NCBI GenBank assembly: GCA_000320545.1
Contig: ADNK01001009.1
Location: forward strand, 1-64,000
DNA from: Bigelowiella natans CCMP2755
Lineage: Eukaryota; Protista; Cercozoa
Length of the DNA: 64,000 nucleotides
Reading direction: 5' to 3'
Of the stretch, positions 55,999 to 64,000 are shown one piece after another. Position numbers and translations under genes: made by a program. The notes under the pieces were generated by a model. That model was not told the DNA's origin. It did no database searches and saw only the letters and a list, made by a program, of their open reading frames with translations. Position 1 is the first letter of the stretch; each line of letters begins with the position of its first letter.

Positions 55999-56583
55999 TC
56001 TTCTCTCCCTCTTTTGCCTCCCTTCATATTGGCGCCCACTCTGCCGATGATTCGTTCCTCATACTTTTCTACTCCCTACGAATCCCAACAAAACCAGAAG
56101 ACGAAATAGAACTTCCTTTCTTCTACAGCACTGCACTACCCAAAACGCTAACCAATCAATCAATCAATCAATCGAAATCAATTATCCCACCAGGATGCTC
56201 ATCGACCAGCATACTGCTCGATGGAGAGCGCAGCATAACATCCTCCTCAACCGAGCCGCCACTCGGCACGGCGTTCTTCGTTCCGCCCTCCCTCGACCAC
56301 TTAGCAATCTGTAGGTAATGAGAAAGCAACGATAAAGAAACAGAGGGTGGTTGTTCAAATGAGGTCATGCGAGGGCAATGCCTCATTAAGAGGCTTCTAC
56401 ATAGTGGTAGTAGTGTTAGTGGTAGTGGCAGCACAGCTATGTACCTAATTTCGGGTATGTACACATGACCTTTCCAATACATGCATGTATGCAAAACTAG
56501 CATGTTGGATGCGCATATCATCACTTATTATCTTACACGTGCACGCATAAACTCCTCCTCCCCCCCCCCCCCCCTCCCCCCCT

Positions 56584-56614
<31 letters not shown>

Positions 56615-57885
56615 AACAAAAATCAGACAGAAAGACAGATAGAATGTTGTTACATCATAGGAGTGTAGTGTGAGATTAGTCACCCTTAGTGCTGATGCAC
56701 GTGCTGCCGTGCGTCGCTTTCGGCCCTGACACTTCCGACAACGGACGATACTATGTGAATTCACAGTGCCGCACGAATCGCACTTCCACGACACCCTGTG
56801 CTCTTCCCTCTGCATGTTCCAAGGCGTTTCAGGCACTACTACGCGGGGGTTGTACTGATTGTGCTGGTGAATCTTCTTTCGTGATGATGATGATGATGAA
56901 GCAGCAGCGGCGGCTGCTGCTGATGACGATAGTGCTGCGGCGACGGCCGTGCTAGCACCAACCCTTATGGCGTTTTTGTTCTTGTTGGACTTCTCGTCAT
57001 GGGAGAGGCTGCTGATGGAATTGCTGTTCTTTCTAGCGGGAGCTCCACCGGCAGCAGCAACGGTGTCCTTTTCGTCATGCGGGCTGCCGACGCTACCTCT
57101 TCCTCTCTTCCGGCTGTCGCTACTGCTGCTTTTTTTCTTGAGGGGATTTTTGCTGTACGCGATGGTCGTCATCTCCTTCTTCGTGCTCCCCTGTTCGTCG
57201 GCGTTCGATGGGGAATGATGGTGTTTCACTGAGGCGCTTCTTGGTGAGCAACCCCTCTTCCTTCTCCTGGCTGACTTGCTGCTACTACGACGGGCTTTCC
57301 TGCTATTGCTGCTGCTGCTGCTGCTATTGCCCGACGTCTGCCGCTGCCCATTCCCTACCCTACCCCCCCCTTTGGGCGTGGATCTTCTTTTCCTCGATGG
57401 ATGTCTAGAACTAGGGTCAGCATCAGCTTTATCTCCGCCCTCCTCCTCCTCCTCCTCCTCCTGCTTTTCTTCCTCCGCCTCCTCTTTGTAGTCTTCGTCG
57501 CTGTCGCTGTCACCCTCACCATCTACACTCATTCTTGTCTTTCTTTTCCTCGATCGGCCCCTGCCCCTCCTCCTGTTTGAGCCTCCGCTGCCTTTCGCAT
57601 CGTCGCAAGCACTGGCGTCTTGGGGAAGCTGCTGCTGCCGATTCCTGGAAGCTGCTGGTTTATGTCCGTTTGCTGCTGCCGATGATCGAATGGTTTGAGC
57701 TCCGTTGCTATCAATGTCGTCGTCTTTGATAGCAGTGACGTGCGACTGCTCACTCTGCTGCAGCTGCTGCTGTTTTTTTTTTATTCTCGTTAGTTTCTGA
57801 ATGACATCCTTCATAGAGGGACGCTGCGAGGGCGTTTGTTGCCAGCAGAGCTCTACGATGCCTTTCAAGGACGACAGCGCTTCTG

Positions 57886-57919
<34 letters not shown>

Positions 57920-59012
57920 GGCTGGCCATTGTGGGCGACGCATCTTCTTCGCAATGTCGAACTGTAGGTTCAGTCCCCTTTGCTTCACCTCGCTTTCACA
58001 ACACGAAATATGAGGAGGAGGAGGAGGAGGAGGAGGAGGAGGAGGATGAAGCATCAACACGTGCGGGGGGTGAAACCATGTAAGGACAAACTATCTACCT
58101 ATACGGCTCCAAGCCGGACAGCATCTGCCACAAGACGATGGAGAAAGAGAATATGTCCGCCTTCTCGCTGTACTGTTGCGCCAGCATCACCTCGGGTGCC
58201 ATATACCAATTCGTCCCGCAACGAGTTCCGAAGTCGGGCTTGTGAACCTGAATAGCAAAGCAATGCCAAACAAAAGACGAACACGGAGGAAAACGATATT
58301 GACGTTGATGATGACGATGATGATGATACGGCATTACGAAGACATTCGGTACGTATCGAATAAGCGCTGCTTCGAATCTCAGTACGTCAAATCTGCGCCG
58401 AAATTCTTCAGGCAAAATCCGTTGATTTTTTGGGAAACTATTGTGACACGGTGGTTTGGACGTGGTCTTTTCCCTGGTTTATTCACACGTTTTGTGCTCC
58501 CGAAAGAGTGGTGTTAACGACCTCGGCGCTGATGCCAAAGTCAGCTATTCTGCAGCCATCTTCGGCCATCAAAATGTTCCTTTTATAGTATCATTCCACC
58601 ACACCAACAAAGGTTCCAAAGAAATATCATCACACAATATTGCGAGGTTTGGATGATGGCGCTAAAATGCGTTTTCTATTCATTTTTTAATTTTCTTTCG
58701 CGAATCTTTAACAAGAATCATCATGTTATATTTGCCTTTTCTCCACACTCTTTGCCCCCCTCTCCCCCCTCCCTGCCCTTTCTTATCGGTTGTGAGTACT
58801 ACTACTACTACTACTACTACTACTAACTCTGGCTTGAGGTCTCGGTGGACAATAGGAGGCTTTTGCCCGTGTAAATAACAAACTCCTTGAGCAACGTCAA
58901 TGGCAAACTTCCTGCAGTACTGAAGAGGGATCCTACCCTGTCTCAGCCGGTCCTTCAAAGACCCCTTCTCCACGAGCTCCATCACAATACGATTCGGGCT
59001 ATTATAGACGTG

Positions 59013-59059
<47 letters not shown>

Positions 59060-60700
59060 GGCTATGACCTCATTGTAAATCCATAGAATCGTACGATCCT
59101 TGGGTGGTTCACCCTACTCATCATTTTTACCTTAATATATATATGTACATATATACATATGAAGGAGGAGACGGGGGGGAGGAGTAACCGCTCAAAGTGA
59201 GTACATTCCAGAAATTTCGGTGTTGAATTTTTGACACTTGATGTTAATGTAAAAAATCAGTGTATTTGGTACTCATTGTCCTTTTGGTATTTTGTCCCTC
59301 TCTTCTTCCCTCTTACAACAATAACTTCCTTCTAGAAACAACTAGCTCCACCACCTCTCTGAGAAATTTGATATCGCTCACACGAGAGCGTATCGTCTTT
59401 ACTGCCACAGAGACGTTTTGCCATTCTCCTTCTCGCACCTAAGGATATGAGAATCAACCTGATGATATCACCCGTCCCATCTACCCCTCCTCCTCCTCCT
59501 CCTCCTCCTCCTCCTTCCCCCCTGGGTTAACAACATACCTCGCCAAAGGAGCCACCTCCCAGCGTTCCATTTGATAGAGAGAGATCCTCATGTTGAATTT
59601 CAAATCTGGTGTTGTATAGATATGCATCAGTGCCAACCGCTCGCACACAAGGCCACATAGAAGAAGCCGAATGCGGATCCATTTATTTATATTGTCATGC
59701 CCTTGTTGCAGTACTTTTCATATTGTCGTGGTGGTGTTTGAATACTACTGTATCAGTTCATTTCGCAGCCGGTTGACGTCCATCTTAGTGGAAACACGTT
59801 TCGTGCGGCCCTGCATATATCGAAAGAGGAAGAAGAAGAAGAAGAAGAAGAAGGAGGAGGAGGAGGTGAAAAAAAGGGCGACGATGCCCACAACAGATTC
59901 CAGCGGGTGATGATGTTACGGCTCCTCGTGCATTTATACAACATAATCGAGAAGGATAACAATAAGAAAGAAATACCAGTCGAAGCTGGAAGTCCCCTGC
60001 GCCGTCCTTCGCCCCATCCTCCTTAGTTTCTGTCTTCCCAGCTGCGCCTGATGCGCCTTCGGAACTGCACTGAAATTGCAGAGGATTTTCCTCCGTTTCT
60101 GGGTAATCAAGGGTCGATTGCATGTTGAATACGCGGAAAAGATGCCTTGGAGCACAAGCGCAACGAAAGAAAGAAGGCCGACTCTACCCTGAAATCCAAA
60201 CAAGAACACAGTTGAACAGATATATGCCGAAACGATTCCTTTATCTTTGATTCGCTGCATCAAGGGCGGTCCGTTTACTACGATGACCACACTCCCAACA
60301 CTTGCTGTTTCTCTATCAGTGCCCATCTCAAAGCAATGATCTTAGCACAAAATCAGCGCGGAGATTTTCTCCGAATCGCATCCTTGGTGGAAATGGCGGC
60401 AGGTTATCCACTTCCTCCCGTAGCCCTTTCCCTCTACTCCCACTATCTCTACAAAATCCCTCCCCTCTCATTTTTCTTCATGAATCGGGCCTGTGACCTT
60501 GTCCTTCAGGGTCCAGCCGCCATCGCCATAGCGCCTTCAGCAGTCGATGTGGGGGGTTGGATGGGGCGCAAGGATCCGAATTTGTTTCGGAAAATTATTT
60601 TTTCGGCTTGGCTTTTCTGCACAAATTGGCTTATCGCCGAGGAGGGGCGCCGCTCAAGCGCCTGCGTTTTCTTCCAGAACATTTTGAGGATTTCGGTCGC
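55607..60700 (-). CDS. TKL (Raf/MLK-like) protein kinase with a long low-complexity tail, RanBP2-type zinc finger and C-terminal UIM; 5' end approximate
   Basis: FEIQHEDLSLSNGTLGGGSFGE|VREGEWQNVSVAVK; VNHPRIVRFYG; IVHRDLKPE|NILMAEDGCRIADFG; GTNWYMAPEV..KADIFSFSIVLWQM; CWQQTPSQRPSM; WKCDSCGTVNSHSIVRCRKC; DEQEDLMM|AVALSLSE. Confidence 0.9.
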
Positions 60701-60853
60701 ACACGAGGCGAGATCTCCCGACAGATTCGTTGTCGTGATGGATAAATCCCCTGGAATTTCTGCGATATCGCGAGTGTTTGGTAAGGGCGTTTCAGCGTTT
60801 TCAGCAGGCCGACCGAGACAGGAACCGAGATCGATCACAAGAAGACCTGTACG

Positions 60854-61481
60854 ATGAGGAAGATTGCTAGTAGTAGTGGTGGTGGTAATAGTAGAAGGAC
60901 AACTACAAGGAGGAGGAGGACTCCTTCAAATGACGCCGCTGTGAAAGGGAAAGGTGGTGTGCGGTCATCCTCCTCATCGACACTGCGGACCGTCGGGAGA
61001 AATCCCATTGCCAAGTCCCGTCCTGCTTCATCCAAGCAGCCCAAAGTTCGCGCAACAAATAGAACTCGAAGCACCCCGACTCGAAGACGTGGGAGGTTAG
61101 AGATCAAAAGGTGCTGCCTACCGAAAGAGGCCTGGCTTAAGGTTTGCGAACACAAGCATATTATGGAAATCTGAGCGCCTTAAACAGGGGGGCCAACGCG
61201 TTACAGGTTCTTGAATTCACACATGATACTCGAACGACTTGCCGATTGGCGTCCGTGTGCCGGATCGCGAACGAAGCGAGTTACGACGATAGGTAAGCAG
61301 ACCTCTCCCTTAATCATAAACATATTTTAGATAGCAATGCTTATTGACTTGGGGAAATGCAAATTTAGGATATGGAGGATTCTGTATAGCGCTCGTTTCA
61401 AAAAACAACCACAACGCGAAGACGTAACTTGCAGCGACACCACTGGCCAAAATATTTATAGACGATAAGCCATATGATAAC

Positions 61482-61562
<81 letters not shown>

Positions 61563-63002
61563 GCGCGTATCTTTACGTGTTAGGGAACAACTTGGAAGAA
61601 TTTTTACGAGATAGCCCACGCAAAGTCGAAGCACAATAAGATATCCTCTGCATGGAAACGATATGAGGTATGGCAGTGGTTTGTATTTTGATATTCGCGC
61701 TGTTGACTTCCATGAACAATCTTCAATTCCAGAAACATATTCGAAGCTCCCCATTCCCTTCGCTTCGCCAGCTTTACGACGATTTAGAACCCAAATTCAT
61801 GGTCAACTTAGCTGAGCACTCTTCCCTTTCAGAGGACTTCATTCTTCACTCACTCCTCGTTTTTGTCTACATTCTAAGGTGAATTGTGGAGTGATTCGAA
61901 CCAGCGGGTATTCTCCCTTTCGATCAAATATCTCTCTCTTTTTCGTGGAGATAAATGTTATTCTCTCAGAGTTCCTGGTCATGGTGATTGTTGGCCTTTT
62001 CTTTCAGGATAGCCCGTCGATTAAGTTCCCAAGAAAAAGCTGAATATGCTCTGGGTTTTGAGGAGATCAAAGCAAAGACATGGTGTACACCGCTGAAAAT
62101 GAATTCCTATGATCATACGTCGCACAATCGCTCCCTCTTTCCCCTTCTCCACATTAACAGAAGAAGAAGAAGAAGAAGAAGAGGGGGGGGGAGAGCGGTA
62201 CGAAAGAAATTACGGTCTATCGTGTGTGTGTGTGTGTGTGTGTGTGTTATTGCTCATCTCATGACCTGTCTGAGTTTGATGGTAACAGGGTACACGAAGG
62301 CGCGACATGCGTTAAGATTCTCCTCCCAGAGAATGTTCGCTTCGACAACTCAACAGCAATAAATCTCATCCTCTCTGTGAAGAGGTAGGTACCACCACAC
62401 CTGCTGTGGCCGTAATTGACTCTGCCGTCGGGCTCTCCATTTTAACTGTGCCCCCGGTCTGCGTATCTAGAAATAAATATGTGTGCTATATGTGTGCATG
62501 CTTGTTGTGCCTGAGTGTGGGCGCAACAGTGCATCTTAAATCACATTCATAGCTCCGTTCATGTGATTATTTACAGCTCGCGGATCTGCGCAAGGGCCCA
62601 GCTGATAAAAGCTGTTTTTACGAAGAAGGCATGAAATTCTATTACGTGCTGTTCAGAGCTTATGTTATCTTTCGTTTCTTCAACACTGTGTTGTCGTTGT
62701 CGTTGTCGTTGTCGACATCATCATCTTTTGGCCTTTTACTTAGTCGTGGAAGCTTGTTGAAGCTAGCAAAGGCTGTAGTATGCAGCTGCATCAGTTAACA
62801 ATGAGAACGTCCAACGGATGCTCATGCTCAGTTGTTGCAGGGTAAGAAACACATCTTGAAAAGCTTCATACTCTAACAGAGAGAAGGAAGGCATTTTACT
62901 TATCACGATCTCTCTCTTATTAGCAATTTAAAAAAGTATTTTGTTTTCGCCATCAGGGCCTTCTCCGGGGACTCGTGTGCCTCACGTAAAACACACCACG
63001 CA

Positions 63003-63040
<38 letters not shown>

Positions 63041-63406
63041 TATTCATTGACGCGTTCAAGTTCGATGCGCTTCTTCTTCTTCTTCTTCTTCAAACGTTGC
63101 ACTCGTTGGCCTCTCCTCCTTTTTTAAACGACTCCCTCCCTTGCCCCTGCCTACCCGTAACCCTACATTCCTCAAATACTAATGATGACAGAGGGGTCGA
63201 GCGTGCTGTCTTTCATGGCTATCAATATCCCATTCTTGGCGACCCTTTCAATGTATTATGTGAGCAGAAAACCAAATGATAATACCGAGCACTTATGGGC
63301 ATGATTTGATATTTTACTGTGATAGAAATGATGCGTATGGATGAAGTCATCTATCTGTTTGTGCCTCAACATCAATTCTATCCTACCCGGTGTTTTCACT
63401 ACTCTT

Positions 63407-63459
<53 letters not shown>

Positions 63460-63826
63460 TTTCTCCCGTTTTGGCAACAATAAATTCAAAGTCTGAAACG
63501 GCCTTTCCATAAGGTGGAAAAGAAACGAGAAGAGAGAGTCGTGTAGTAGTAATGGTACAGGTACCTGTCGATATCCCACGAAAACCGGTTGATTTAACAC
63601 CAATTTCGAGGATATAACGACAGAGCCAAAGCCGATATACTGATCGATTTCATTTTTTTAAATGATAGTATTGCTTGTGTGTGTGTGTGTGTGCGCGCGC
63701 GCGCGCGCAGTATATCGCTTTATTTAAATGGCAATAATAATGTAAATGTTGCATTTTTACACTATGGTCATTTATGTAGGTGGTTCCTGATGACATCGAC
63801 CGTCAATACGGTTTGCACGGCTATTC

Positions 63827-63866
<40 letters not shown>

Positions 63867-63929
63867 CCTAGCAAGAACTTTGCCACATTGATGCACTGTC
63901 GTCGTATTTATTGTCGTATTCCTTGTCTT

Positions 63930-63963
<34 letters not shown>

Positions 63964-64000
63964 TTCCATGCTCGTTAACTTTCGATTTGAAGCTCGCATC
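60854..64000 (+). CDS. F-box protein, FBXO15-like; multi-exon, runs off the right edge
   Basis: Spliced F-box LPKEAWLK|VLEFTHDTRTTCRLASVCRIANEASYDDR|IWRILYSARF, then GTTWKNFYE. Late exon VVPDDIDRQYGLHGYS resembles the FBXO15 DD..EYGLHGY motif as I recall it (not searched). Confidence 0.72.

Noticed and set aside
61300-64000. Minus-strand exon chain as a 5' extension of the kinase
   Set aside because: The plus strand gives a coherent spliced F-box protein with canonical sites; minus-strand frames hit stops.

Overview
Eukaryotic nuclear DNA: gene-dense, intron-rich, with microsatellite-packed introns. A plant-type FabI with a signal-plus-transit presequence suggests an alga with a secondary plastid, most likely a chlorarachniophyte (inference). 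Joining exons by hand gives about 17 protein-coding genes plus one doubtful locus. In order: CstF-77 (-, partial), FabI (+), hypothetical (-), phosphoserine phosphatase (+), syntaxin-16 (-), arylsulfatase (+), SDN5/REXO5-like exonuclease (-), ankyrin protein (+), TM/EF-hand/Hsp20 fusion (-), atypical macrodomain (+), endonuclease III (-), doubtful locus (+), SLC52-like transporter (-), intronless MpaB/DUF2236 oxygenase (+), alpha-arrestin (-), U-box/C2H2 protein (+), TKL kinase with RanBP2 finger and UIM (-), FBXO15-like F-box (+, partial). The most striking pattern is architectural. Strands alternate almost perfectly. The tail-to-tail spacers are microsatellite-free and rich in short palindromes (GCTAGC/ATGCAT/CATG). 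Four of them share a 30-90 bp repeat, which in one case directly follows a non-LTR retrotransposon CCHC remnant. The last four genes all relate to the ubiquitin system. No rRNA, tRNA or CRISPR array was recognised. Gene models are manual and several 5' ends are approximate.
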